A program made the position numbers and the translations under genes. From contig CDPCPM010000015.1 in assembly GCA_976551045.1 (NCBI GenBank), forward strand, positions 4,898,001 through 4,962,000: a stretch of DNA of 64,000 bases. Direction: 5' to 3'. Below, one piece after another: positions 13,953 to 27,050 of this stretch. Below the pieces are notes generated by a model that saw only the letters and a program-made list of their open reading frames with translations, did no database searches and was not told where the DNA came from. The first letter of the stretch is position 1; each line of letters starts with the position of its first letter. Source of the stretch: Glaucostegus cemiculus (taxonomy: Eukaryota).

Positions 13953-14962
13953 CTGATTAAAAAGAAAAAATGAAATTTATCAGCTATTTAGAAATAGAAC
14001 ACCTTAATATAGCAAGGAATGTTTAATTTTATGATTGGGAAGAGGAAATGATTTGGAGCTTTCTGATGGATTAGTGGGCTTTCATTGTATGTACCTTAGA
14101 GACCAAGAACATGGGCCAGAAGGTTCAGAGGATAAATTACTATCTGGTCTTCATTAGCTACTCATAACCAGGACAATAGTTCAGCCATTGCAATTGACTT
14201 CAATGCCTCTTGTGTTGGGTCAGAGAAAAGAGGCTGAAGGGATGGAAATCAGCCTTGGCTTAAGCTCATGATTGACATGCCATGCATGGTTGACAAATGA
14301 GGATAGAGCCAACCTCAACTGTAATGTGCCATGATTTTAAATACCCTGACAATATTCACTTTCAAAACCAGATATTAAGAATGACCAAGTGGATGGGAAA
14401 TCAGAAAGTGGCCAGGAACTACGTGCCAACAAGAATCTGTGTTTGTGAGAGAAAGTGAAAACTTCAGGGAGAGCTGGCAAGGAATCAATGATGTTACAGT
14501 AAACACCCTGAGCTGGTTATCTGGAATTCATTGGATTACTTGGTACAAAGTAACTGAGGTATATTTGAAATAGTCAATTCAAGGTTATTAAATCAAATTA
14601 ATATTTTATTTTACAAGTTACTCAGCACATTACTCTATTGCAAAATTCAAATTACACTGTTGTCTCTGATCTCCAAAGCTGAAGTCTGACAGTAAAATAC
14701 CTCCAACTACTGGGTCGATTTACACAAAGTCACAAGGTTATCATCAGTAAGCTAGATCACTTGCCCAGCCAAATTCATCCATACAGAAGAATCCTGAAGT
14801 TGTAATCTCCAAAGTAATAACCCATTACATTTCAATGCTTCCAGGTGTTTTGATTCCACTAATTTAAATGGAAATCTATGCCACGTTATTGATTTTTTGT
14901 TTGGTGACAAATTTTGATAGTCATCTTTCAGCTGGTTTGTACCTGGTCTCCCTTCACTTCCT

Positions 14963-16670
14963 CATAGAATGACAGATCATAAGATCGTACAACACAGAAA
15001 TGGGTTGTTTTGGCCCACCTTGTCCACGCCAACTGTGATTCCTATCTGCACTAATCCCATCTGCCAGCATTGGCCCATATTCCTCACTGCCTTTCCTATC
15101 TAAGTACCTGTCCAAATGCTAGTTAAATGTTGTAATTATATCTGCCTCTACCACCTCTCCTAGCAGCTCATTCCAGATAACCACCACCCCTTGGATGGAA
15201 AAAAACTTAACCCTCAAATCTCCTTTGAATTTCTCCCTTCTCACTTTAAACCTGTGCCCTCTAATTCCAGTCTTCCCTGCCCCAGGAAAATGACTGACTA
15301 TCCATCTTATCTATGCTCCTGATAATTTTATAAACCTCAATAAAGTCCCATAGTCTCCTATGTTCCACTGAACATAACCCCAGTATCTCCAATCTCTCGT
15401 TATAACTACAGTCCTCCATTCCAGGCAACATCCTGGTGATTCTCTTCTGCACTCTCTCTATTGCTACCACATTCTTCCTGTGGTGTGGTGACCAAAACTG
15501 TACACAATACTTTAAGTGCAGTGTAATGTATTGTACAGCTGCAACATGATGTCTCAAGTCTTCTGCTCAATGCATTGGCCTATGAAGGCAAGTATACCAA
15601 ATGTCTTCTTCACTACCCAATCCATCTGTGTTGGCACTTTCAGTGAGTTATGGACTTGCACCCCAAGGTTCCGCTGTACATCAATGCTTCTAAAGTCCCT
15701 GCCATTTAACCTATATGTCTGACTAGAATTTGACCTCCCAACATGCATTACCTCACACTTGTCTGGATTAAATTCCATCTGCCATCACCCCACCCAACTT
15801 TTCAGCTGATCTATACAGGACTGTTTCCTTTATATTATTTATTTATTCATTTACTTACAGCGTGGTAACAGGCCCTTTTGGCTTAACGAGTCCGCGCCGC
15901 CCATTCTAAATCCACAAATTAACCTACCCGTATGTCTTTAGAATATGGGAGGAAACTGGAGCACCCGGAGGAAACCCACGCAGACACGGGAGAACGTACA
16001 AACTCCTTACAGTCAGCGATGGGAAACGAACCCCGATCGCTGGCGCTGTAACAGTGTCGCGCTAACCGCTACGCTATTGTGCCGCCCATAACTTTCTTCA
16101 CTATCTAGGACTCCACCAATTCCTGTGTCATCTGCAAAATTATTAATCAGACCACCTATGTTCTCATTCAAGTCACTTACAAATATTACAAACAACAAAG
16201 TCCCCTGCACCGATCCCTGCAGTACACCACTTGTTATAGACTTCCAGTCAAGAAAACACCCAACCACCACTGCCCTCTGCCTTCTATTACCAAGTCAATT
16301 TAGGATCCAGTTTGCCACAAAAGCCTCGAATCCTTGTGCCATAACCTTGTGGACTAGCCCACCATGTGGGACCTTGTGAAAAGCCTTACTGAAGTCCACG
16401 TAAGCAACACCTACTACTCCGCCTTTATCAATTTTTCTTAGATATCCCCTCAAAAACCTCAATCAGATTTGTGAGACTTGTGAGACATGATCTCCCCTGT
16501 ACAAAACCATGCTGACTCCTCCTAATCAGCCCCAGCCTTTCCAAGTTAACATAAATCCTATCCCTCAAAATCTTCTGCAACAACTTATCTAAGACTAACG
16601 TGAATCTCACTAACCGGTAGTTTCTGGGCTTGTCCCTACTGCTCTTTTTGAACAATGGGACAACACTAGT
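14963..16670 (-). mobile_element. CR1 LINE ORF2 remnant (reverse transcriptase and C-terminus), interrupted by a SINE
   Basis: ORF fragments FKKSSRDKPRNYR, SQHGF, SGVLQGSV, FADDT, MEFNPDKCEVMH, YCVQFWSPH. Confidence 0.92.
15833..16087 (-). mobile_element. Young V-SINE nested in CR1
   Basis: tRNA-like head gggcggcacaatagcgtagcggttagcgcg, V-domain, A-rich tail; CpGs retained. Confidence 0.88.
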
Positions 16671-18099
16671 AATCCTATTGCAATCTTTTCCTTTCCTTCA
16701 ATATTTTTTTACATTGTTTGCTGTTTGAGAATCCTTAACAGTGATTGGCTGCACAGCTAGCTTGATGATGTCATGGTGCCAGTCACCCTAAAGATTCCCG
16801 AGATCTGATGTCTGAGAGTAACATGCCGGGGGAAGTGAAATCCATGCCTTAAAGGTGACTGTGGGCAGCTTTCCTAGCCTTCAGTGATAACTTTGTAAAT
16901 TTGTCACAGACCACTAAATCACGGCCAGAATAAATGTGTTTAAATAAATGAAAACTAGCAACTACAAATCCAACTAATTTCCTTCCTGAAGGCATTGACT
17001 TTCACAGGTTTCACTTATGTTTAGTACAAACTTATACCTCCCTCAATTAACCAATTTTTAATGTGGGAGTGTAAACTGATTCTGAAGTGATCATAGCCAA
17101 TTTGGGGATGAAGTGAATAGCAGAGAAACTGAGGTCAACTGTAATGCACTAGACATCTGCTTGTCTAAGATCAGGGCACACCTAGAACTGAAGTGGGGTG
17201 TTCTTGATCCGTGTATCTCAGTGCCACAATGGACAGAGTATTACTCTATTTGAACAATTAGGGGAGAAAAGTTAGCACTTGTGAACAAAGGGGTTGGAGG
17301 ATAGGCAGATAATGAATAGCTATGTGAATGGATGGAGAGGTGAAATGATGTGTGTAGAAATGGAAGAATGAGTAGCTGGATGCAGTGATTTATTATTCTG
17401 GAATAGCAGAACTTCCAATAAAGTTTCCTTATTCATCCTTGAGTTGGAGAAAAATGTATATTTTTTTAAAAAATCACTAACGTATATCCCAAAGGTGAGA
17501 GGGAAAATGTAATGTATCATTCATTATTCTATAGAAATCAGTGGTCATCATTGTTGGCCAAAAACTATCACAACATTGCTTGAATGACCCGATTTTTGCT
17601 TATGGTGCCCTACCAAATCCCATCATACCAATCCACTCCAGGTACTGATGATTTAGCATGAAGGGATGCTTCCATGCATCATTCTTAAGCTTACCCTGGA
17701 GTTAGTGAATATCACAATGTGCCTCAAATTAGGACATAAATCGCAAGATTCCTGATCACATTCAGCAATATCTCCTAATTGCCCAGGTAGGTATTCTTGT
17801 TGTGGGAGCTTTAACACTGAATAAGAGCAGCATGCTAAGTCACAGGGATATTAATGCGGTCTCTGACCCATTCCTACACATATTCCTCACTAGTAATTGG
17901 ATCAGCATTAGGAGTGGGAGCTCTTTGGGTAATGCTCCTCCTGTTGTTCAGTGATCAGGACCCTTGCAGAATCAGCAATTAAACCAATGGAAGTTTTGAT
18001 TTAGTACCACACCAGCAGTATATTCATCAACATATACGTGAAGTTAGATGTTCTTATAATTATAAATTATCTGGACTTTGGACCTGCTCCAACACTCAC

Positions 18100-18276
18100 A
18101 CATCATCTACATAGCATGGGTATGGCATCTGCTGTAAATAAATCCCAGTCTTCTTGTCTTCACCAGTCTGGACTCGAATAATTGCCTGCTCCACCAAGTC
18201 CTGGATGTAGACAAATCCACCCCAAACATACCGCAGATCATCAAATGGGTCTGCTGCAGGTCCTGGGTCCCAAAAC
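18100..18276 (-). CDS. ABCA7: Coding exon 13: [33 protein letters not shown]...[11 protein letters not shown](V)
   Basis: 177 nt, ctcatag / gtgagt. Confidence 0.97.
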
Positions 18277-19559
18277 CTATGAGACAAAACATTGAAAGAA
18301 TGGTCATCCCAGTAACCTGAGCAACAAGTGTCAATACTGAGGTTGGATGCCTTGGATGATACTGCAGTACTCACGTCTCACAGCTGCTCGACCTGTGCAG
18401 GAAAGACATTACAAAGCTCCAATGAACAACAGAACACTTTTGATATTACAATGCAAATTTCAGTAAGGCTACACGTTCATTGCGGGGTGCTAGTGCTGTG
18501 TATAGAACAGCAACAAGGTTGTAGTTTGCCTCCTAAATTCAGTTCCATTAACTTCAGCACAACTCAATTGTGAAGGCAGAGTATATTGTGCTGTTTCTTT
18601 TAGCATGACTGACAAGGGATCATGGCCAGGCAAATACATCTTACCATTTAAGTTCGTTGTGCACATGGGAGTCTAACCTCAGGAAGTTTTCTAACATCTC
18701 TGTTCAGGCTAAGTAAACTAACTTTAAACTGATGAGCATGTACTTCTGCTGTGAAATGTGGCAGATGCCATGTTGGTGATGCATTAACACTTGCACAGCT
18801 AATGGCAACATGAAGTAGGCAGAGCAGGCAGATCATGGAGTCGATCAACCTGCAACATTAATTTCACACCAGCACTGTTATTTTGCAGTGTTCAATTTAC
18901 ACACTGTCAACTTCACATGGCTGTACATGCATTAAACACCAAGGAGAATCCCCACCTGTGCTTTTTAAAGGAGAGTTATCTCAGCTAGTAACTAAGGATG
19001 TGAAACTGAGTAATGCTGCAGCTTCAACATTAATGTATTTCTTTTGTTCCTCTGCTGCCCAAAAAGATACCTTCCTTGGGTATCCAGAAAAGAAAGACGC
19101 AAGAGCAAGTTTATGATGCGGGAAGGAGAATTTGTAAGTCAGAAGGAAGTGACGCAGCACACAAAGAGCACGGCTGGTTATATGGCTATCATCACTTCCC
19201 TAGTGTCAGCATTGTAATAAAGGCCGGCACCTCCTCCTCCATGGACATGCAGTGCAGTTTTCATTAAGGAGAATCCTCCCCCCCATCCCTGCCCCCCCAG
19301 CTTTATGGGTTTCCGACACCTTTTCATCCAAGTGAGAGGGAAGAATGTGGGTGAGTATGTGAAATATATTTCAATGATGAGGCTGGCACACTTGAAAAGC
19401 TGGCAGTGTGGGCTAACTGTGAGATGAGAGTGTGAGACTTGCATCAGTGCTAAGCATGATGAAGTTAGTCAATGAGCCATAGTCTAAAGAAATTATTGAT
19501 AGGCAAGTAATGAGGAGGTGAGAGTTGGTACAGTTAGTAGCTTATGACTTTTGAGGATG

Positions 19560-19745
19560 TACTTACTGACCGAGGTCACTGAACTTCTTGTGACACTGCT
19601 CGTCTAGGTCCTTGGGGATAACTTCTCAGAAATCTATATGGCTCTCTGCACTCACTGCTGTGGCTGGAGGGCTTCTTGTGAGCGCTTCTCCTTCTGTTTA
19701 CCTCTGCCAGCTCAGTGTCCTAAAAGCCTGGAGCCCTCTCTCCCA
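19560..19745 (-). mobile_element. PIF/Harbinger Myb/SANT-like ORF remnant
   Basis: ERAPGF*D.EL..V.RRR then PRT..QCHKKFSDL followed by gtaagt; resembles RAPRFS..EL / QCRKKFNDL of Harbinger Myb/SANT proteins. Confidence 0.6.
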
Positions 19746-21044
19746 CAATCATTGTTTCTCATTTGCTGCGAACAGCCAGTAGCTGCTCTCCTTTAAGAGA
19801 TATTGACTGACTTTAAACAGAGCAGGCTCTCTTCACTGGTGCTGCCTGCTCTCAATGGTGAAGTTAGCACCGGCTGTGAGCAGAATCATCATAATAAGCA
19901 AGCAACATGAATACAGCATGTTCCCTGCACAGCAATCAATGAGTTCAGGTGGATCATGCATCATAAATCCTGTAACTATTTTGAGGGATTCATATAATAT
20001 GCTCCCCCACCCCCCCACCACCATATTGATACAAAACTCATGTTTGCAACATTCCTGTTGTCTTCCTTCTGACACACTTTTGTGTATAACCTTTGCTCAT
20101 CACAACCCCTCAGCCTGTGTGACAGAGAAGTTGCAGAGCAGAAAGCATTGGTATTTCTCTATGTCCTGAGCTGCACAGGTGTACACAGAGATGCACATCA
20201 TGATAAACTACTTACCTGGCAGTAGGGAATAAAACAAATAAAGCAAAAATACCATTTAGTGCCTAGCTCATAATAATATCCTCCAAAACTGGGCAAATCC
20301 TGGACAGTGTCAAAACATCAAATCCCTTTAAAGTGAATGGAGCCATAATGGGGTGATTAAGATAGTGAGTCAAAATGGTCATTCCTCAAACTGCAATTTT
20401 AATATAGTCATTATAATAAAACCAATAAACCCTACACAGACCTGGTGCCTTTCATGAACTCAGTACTTTTCAGCCAATACAGCAGTTCCAAAGTGCAATC
20501 ACTATTGAAATGCAGTAAATGAACCATCGAATTTGTACATAGCAAGCTCCTAGAATGATAATGACAAAATAATTCATTTCAGGAATGTTGTTTGAGGGCT
20601 AATCATTGGACAGGACACCATGAAGAATTGCCCATCTCTTCCAAAAAGCATAGGGGAATTTTTACATCCACCTGTGAAGGTGAACAGAAGATGCGTTCGT
20701 TGACTCATCTGAATGATGTCCAGGGTGTACATTACTTAGAGATATAATGGCTGTTATTTGTCCCAGTTTAATGCCACAACTTCCTTGGGAAATTAATGGG
20801 AAGTAGCTTAGCTTAGCACTTGGCTCAATGACCTGTATTAGTAGGCGTAAATTTTTGATCCTTCCATTCAAACTTCTGGAATGGCTAGAGAACATTACAT
20901 TTACCTAGCCTTAATCTTGACACTTTCCACCACCAAAACTATGGTGGAAGCATTTTCGTCTGCAACAATTTATGGAGACAGATCAAAAGCAGCTATGAGG
21001 CAAATGAGCCCAGATTCTCATAGGAATAGAAGACCCAATCAGAC

Positions 21045-21259
21045 CTGTCCTTGATTTTATTGGTCCGAGTGACATCATCAATGTCCATCCTGATCTTGTA
21101 TTTGATGTGTGGCTGAAGATTATGTAGCTCAGTGCCCATCTGTTCCTCGTTCATAAACACAACGCCAGCCCAGAATTGTCTCTCCGCTAGGAGCTGCAAT
21201 GCCCGGACCACCAACTTCTCTTCAGTCGGGACAGCTTCTAATTTGTTTAAGGATATGCA
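21045..21259 (-). CDS. ABCA7: Coding exon 12: CISLNKLEAVPTEEKLVVRALQLLAERQFWAGVVF...KYKIRMDIDDVTRTNKIKD(R)
   Basis: 215 nt, ttgacag / gtctga. Confidence 0.95.
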
Positions 21260-23021
21260 CTGTCAAGAAAAAAGAGATGAGGAATTTAAAATAATGTACT
21301 TGAACTTTACTGGGCACAATGATTGGTGTGTTGTCCATAAATAATATAAAAACAGGGGACTAAAGCAAGCTTATGGAAAACTCAGGTCAAAGATTATTGG
21401 ACAAGATATTCCAAATGGAAGTTTTGGAGAAAAAAATGAGATAAATGAAGTAGTCTATTAGGTTCTAGATTGTAGCTGGAGGCAAATAAAAACATAGATA
21501 CTGGAAATATGAAACAAAGACAGAAAACTGTAAAAACACTCAGTTTAGTCAGCATTTGTGAATAATGTTTCTATTATATGTCTGTAATCAGGGCAAGAAT
21601 GTCCTGGCAAAGAATGAATTACATTGGAAGTCACAAGTTTTAATTGGAATACTATGAGGTTGCAGAGAGAAAAAAAATGAGGATTAGAATTTTGTGAGGT
21701 GAGAGATTCGGAGCTTTAGATAAATAAGAGGAAAGGTCAAAACAGCACTGACTGTAGTAGCATCAAAATAACATAAGGGGTCAGCTTACAGTGACAGTAT
21801 CTTGCATTTCTCTTCTCGCTAAATAAATCAATGACAGCATTGACTACAGAAATCAACTATAAAAATTAGTGTTTGTTACACAGGCTTCAGGTGTCAAGGA
21901 ACAAAGCTTTAGCTACAGTTTCCACGTTGCAACAGACCAGAGGAGCGACAGTATAAATTGAACACTCCAATTTCTATTCAGTGTATGGGGTGTCCTTTAG
22001 ATGCAACAACCAGTGTATATGTAAAGGTCTCTGCTGTTTACTTGTGAAGAGAGGCAATGTGTAGTGAAAGTACTCCACAGAGAACTGAGATTATAAACAG
22101 GGCACATCTGGGCCAGGAACACAAATTCTAATGTAGGCTAATCATCAAACAAAATAATTTGAGAGATTTGTTTATCGACCTTCAACCTCTGCCATCCTCC
22201 ACTGGGACCCTTCCTATTTCTCTCTAATTTGTCAAGTGCCTGTGCTCCTCTGAACTTCCCTCTTTCGCTCTTTTCAAGCTTCTTGGTATTCACGCTGCTG
22301 CTTCTTGCATCCGTTCAGTGTTGAAATCAAGAACCATCACAGACTGATGATCATTACAGAATTCCTCACCATGTTCAGACTTTCTTGGTTTCTATGTTCC
22401 ACAGATGTTTAAGCTTGGCATCACCTTGCCACTACCTATTAGATTTATCTTTAATTCTCTCCCACTCATTTTAAAGTTGGTGCAGCCGAACACTGAGACT
22501 TTACTCAGGTTTCTTACGAGATTAAACAGCCTTATCTTTCCCAATGTCACAAGTGATTAGAAAAAATAAGAAAGGCAGAAACATTTTTTAGTGGGACAAA
22601 TGATCTTGTCTGAGTTTCATTTGAGAATGACAAAACTCTTGGAACAATCTTAGCCAAGGTAGTCAGCTAACATCCAGTAAGGAAAGTTAGCGGAATTACA
22701 AGGTTAGGAGTGTTGGTTGTTATGCTGACCACAAGTAAATAACCTGAAACACTCAAGAGAGAAACTGGATAGATATGGCAAACTGGCAATGGGCAGTTAG
22801 GCCATAACAGTTTTTGTTAGTAATGATTACATGGGAAATTTACGCTCAAAATATGATGATTTTAGCAACTAGACAAAGTTAACCATGCTGTTCCTGGCTT
22901 TAGCAGTGATATAAGCTCGGCAGTTTCTGCAGTGGCTAGCAGCAGGTAGAGCTGGCCAACAATCATCAAATACACTCATGCGGTTTGGGGGGGGGGGTGC
23001 TTTAGAGCTGCACCTTGCTAT

Positions 23022-23503
23022 TCAATGCTATTCAATCCCATCACTTGACTATCAAAATTACTATTGTGCAGGACCCACACATAATGTGTTGGAAGTTCAT
23101 ATCTGGGAGAACTCTGCAATAGGGGTGGCAGACCATAGCAGGGAATGGGTCTCCTATTCCTCAGAGTCTGCTCTACAGCCACCACTGGACACGGTGAAGA
23201 GGCTGAGATACACCCTACAGCCAGAGATGAACAGGTAACCTTCTGGACATAATGTCAAGTGCCAGTGGAGAAGGCCACAGGAAAAGTCAATACCAGGAGT
23301 CAAGCCTGGCTTCAGTGCAGGAAGTTAATTACAGATCTTTTATGTGGTCGAGGCTAGGGTTTACATCTTTATCATCATTTTGCTCAATGCACTGGGCAAA
23401 ATGATGATAAAAGTGTAAACCCTAAGATTTCAACACTACTCAATGCTATTCAATCCCATCACTTGACTATCAAAATTACTATTGTGCAGGACTCACACAT
23501 AAT
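23022..23503. repeat. 64-bp direct repeat pair (23022-23085 and 23440-23503), 63/64 identical
   Basis: tcaatgctattcaatcccatcacttgactatcaaaattactattgtgcaggac(c/t)cacacataat occurs twice. Confidence 0.92.
23355..23424. repeat. 70-bp near-perfect palindrome, possibly a palindromic MITE
   Basis: tagggtttacatctttatcatcattttgctca-atgcac-tgggcaaaatgatgataaaagtgtaaacccta. Confidence 0.88.
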
Positions 23504-23983
23504 AGGTACCAAAACCCACCACCTCCCAATACATTTACCAATACCTAAAGATTCATGTAGTTACACATACTGCCAGCTTTTTAACCAGGACAGATATATC
23601 GGCCAAACAATTTGCAAGTTTGCATGGCACTCAGTGGCACACTCCCCCTCTCCAGCAAGTCAGATGGTGTCAGAATGCCAGGGGTCGATTGCTCTTCCAC
23701 CAAATCACCTCAATCCATCTAACTCAGAAATGTGGGAATAAACACGTAAGAACTTACGGAATAGAGATTCCCTTAAATCCTGTGTCCAGGGAAGTGGGTG
23801 AAGATTAAGCACAGTCCAAGCTTCCTTTACTCTGCAAATTATTTGATCTACTGAACTAAACTAACTACCAGCATGTGTGGATTAAAATAAAATAACCTCT
23901 AAAGTTCTGGAGCTCTTAACAAGTTAGACACTTTTTCCTGGACTGGAAGCCTTAGAAATGTTGCAGTTTTGATAAGAACATAC

Positions 23984-24172
23984 CTCAATGACTTGTGACA
24001 AGGTGTTCACTATTTGATCTACTTCTTTGTAAGCTTGTTTCCATGTGTAAACAGATTTTTCACTCTCCTGAGTTTGGTTTGACAGGAAACTAACTATACT
24101 TGCTGTACTCCAAGAGGTGGAATTGAGCTGTAGGTCAATGAGACTGGAGACCGCAGGGTTCTTCAGTATTTC
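23984..24172 (-). CDS. ABCA7: Coding exon 11: EILKNPAVSSLIDLQLNSTSWSTASIVSFL...VYTWKQAYKEVDQIVNTLSQVIE
   Basis: 189 nt, tttttcag / gtatgt; VYTW motif. Confidence 0.92.
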
Positions 24173-24932
24173 CTGAAAAAGGCAAAACTGTGTGAGCCTT
24201 CATAAATGTGATGGGTACATTAATGATGCACACTGTTGAATTGGGTGAAGTCTCCCAGAACTGACCAGTTTGAGATACTGGTTGGCATTCATCTTTATTG
24301 GTGAAATCGATGCAGGTAGCTCACAATGATGTGTAAACTACAGGAGACCTCGCATTGAAAATCCGTCCAGTGAAAGGATGGTTATACACCAGTTTACAAA
24401 CCAGCCTGCTCCAGTACCTGGCCTTTCAGAAGGAGCAGCCTGGCCACTGGAGGGACCTGGCCAACACCCAGGCTGTCTGTGTTGTCCTACTTATAGGCAA
24501 ATTCATCCTTCATTCAATTAAAGAAAATCACTATTTTTTTTATATATCTGAACAACCAATTTGTATCGGAATGTTTTTAAATCAATATTTTTTTTTAATT
24601 GCAGTTACTGTTATGTTGGCAATACAACAGTCAGTTTGTGTCAGAAACTCCCCAAGCTGCAGTGAGATAAGGACCTGTTAAATTGTTTTGAGCTAATTTC
24701 AGTCAGAGAGAATACTCTCTTTTCTCAACATCATGACAAGGGATTTTAAATGTTTGGCTAAAACAGCAAATAGGACCTGGGTTCCAAACCACATTTGGTG
24801 AAGTGCTTCCTTGGACATGCACTTCACTGCAGGTCAAAGCCTGAGATGGTGCGGCAACACACAAAGTTCTGATACAGAACGACTTCTATCAAATAAGGCA
24901 AACAAATGCATTTCTGAAAATGAGATACAAAC

Positions 24933-25049
24933 CTGCAGGAAATGGATTTCCTTACTATTTTCCATAAACTTCCAGATCTGCGGCCCAGTTTCATTCCATG
25001 CTCCCCGCACTTCCCGCAACAAATCAAGATCCTCAAATGTTCTGTTAAG
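24933..25049 (-). CDS. ABCA7: Coding exon 10: LNRTFEDLDLLREVRGAWNETGPQIWKFMENSKEIHFLQ
   Basis: 117 nt, tttgttag / gtttgt. Confidence 0.94.
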
Positions 25050-25689
25050 CTAACAAACAAGAAAGAAGGAAAAGTAATCACATCTGCAGAGCTGAAAGCC
25101 CGCAACATTTTCAAGATGAGATTTTGAAGTCCTGTTGATATCCTGAATTCAGTCTGCACTGGCCAATTGTACACAGAGCCAAATACAATTGCACAAAAGA
25201 ATTCATTTGATGAGCATTTGTTCAGTTTTAATTTACAATTTACATCTATGAGCAATAAAAATAGCCCACTAGACCAGTCAAAATCATATTCTGTTTCTTC
25301 ATGTTAGGTGTTTAAGGAACTATATTGATAATGAAGGAGCAATGATATACAGAGGGACCTTGGGGTGCAACTCCATGGCTACCTGGCTATGTTGACACAG
25401 GTGGCTAGGGTGGTGAAGAAGGCTTTTGTTGAGCTTTCCTCCTGAGGCACTGAGTATAAGAATTGGGACATTATGTTACAGCTGTACAAAACATTGGTCA
25501 GGCCACACTTGGAGTGAAGTGTACAGTTCTGGTCACCACACTACAGGAAGGATGTGGTAGCATTGGAAAGAGTGTAGAAGGGATTCACCAGGATGTTACC
25601 TGGAATGGAGGGCTGTAGTTATAGGGAGAGATTGGAAGAGGTGGATTTATTCTCACTGGAACATAGGAGACTGATGGGTGACCATATAG

Positions 25690-26289
25690 TGAATCAGAAT
25701 TAGAATCAGAATCAATTTTATTGTCACTACCATATACACATTCAGCATGCATGGAAGCGAAATACTGTACTCCACAGATCAAGGTGCAGGTCACATTAAA
25801 AGCCATAAGAGACACAAAGACAGAAAGACATTAAAGACATTGGAACCGCATTAAAAACAGACTCGAATAAAAGCATCTTAAAATGAACGTGCTGATGCAG
25901 CAGTCATTGGACACTTAAAAGTGCTGGTGCATTTTTGTACACCTAGCATCCTTTGGTGTTGGAGGGAGGGATGGGGAGCAGCATTTTGAGGGAGTTCATG
26001 GTTCTGATGGCTTGCAGGAAAAAGCTATTGCACAGTCTGGTGGATCTTGCATGGATGCAAAGGAACCTCCTTCCGGATGGCAGGAGTGCAAAGAGGTGGT
26101 GGGAGGGGTGCGAAGGGTCAGTCATTATGTTTGTGGCCTTTCTGACACATTAGTCCATATATATATATATACACACACGTGTATACACACACACATGCAC
26201 ACGTGTGTGTGTATATATATACACACACACACATACATACCTCGGCAATAGAGGTTAGAGAGACACCTGTAATCTTCTCTGCAGTTCTG
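25690..26289 (-). mobile_element. Rex1/Babar-type LINE 3' fragment nested in CR1
   Basis: DPSHPSHHLFALLPSGRR..ARSTRLCNSFF.QAIR; (gattct)n tail at about 25692-25712. Confidence 0.85.
26156..26240. repeat. Compound (TA)n/(CA)n/(TG)n microsatellite
   Basis: about 85 bp of alternating purine-pyrimidine sequence. Confidence 0.9.
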
Positions 26290-26910
26290 ATAGAGCATCA
26301 TAGAAGTATCAGGGGCATAGATAGGATAGAGAGACAGAGCCTTTTTCTCCCAGGGTAAGGTTTTCTCGAACTAGAAGGCACCGGATTAGGGAGGGGGAAA
26401 GCTTAAAGGAGATCTTAGAGGTAAGTTTTACACTCAGAAGATGGTGGTTATCTGGAATGAGTTGCCAGAAGAGGTGGTAGAGGTAGATACAATTACAATG
26501 CCTAGAATGCACTTGGACAATACTTGGATTGGAAAGACGTAGAGGGACATGGGCCTAATGCGGGCAAATAGGACTAGCATAGATAGGCATCACGGTTAGC
26601 ATGGATGAGGTGGGCTGAGACGGCCCATTTCTGTGCTGTATGATTCTGTGATTTTATGAAATCCATACAATGTGAAGATTTCTTAAACTTATTTTGCTGT
26701 TCCTTTCCCAGGACATGACTAGGTGTTCACAAAATTATTTGTATGCTAGTTGGTGCAAAAATTAGTTTGACCAAGCAAAGAAGCTCCGTGTTATCTCAAG
26801 GGTCAAAACAAACTACATCTCTGAAATACTTCTATCTTGTTCTGGTTTTGCGGTCACTGGCTTCAATAGCAAAGACTTTAATGAAGGTAGCATTTTTAAT
26901 CAAATAGTAC

Positions 26911-27050
26911 CTCTTTCATTATCCTCAGTGTAGCTGGAGTATCTGGAGTGTATAGAATTTTCCCCACAAAAAGTGGCTTGATGCCTCTCCACATGATCCG
27001 AGAGACTGGGTTAGATTCAAGAGTCTTAATCAGATCTTTACAGTGAGGTG
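26911..27050 (-). CDS. ABCA7: Coding exon 9: (P)[46 protein letters not shown]
   Basis: 140 nt, ttttgcatag / gtacta. Confidence 0.96.

Larger units (their letters stand above)
25310..26658 (+). mobile_element. CR1 LINE 3' part, split by a nested Rex1/Babar insertion
   Basis: RPHLE..VQFWSPHYRKDV..LERV..FTRMLPG, resuming after about 26290 to a gtgctgtatgattct tail. Confidence 0.88.

Noticed and set aside
16020-16087. tRNA gene-like sequence (also at about 60665-60722 and 60889-60960)
   Set aside because: These are tRNA-derived SINE heads fused to V-domain bodies; no full cloverleaf is evident.
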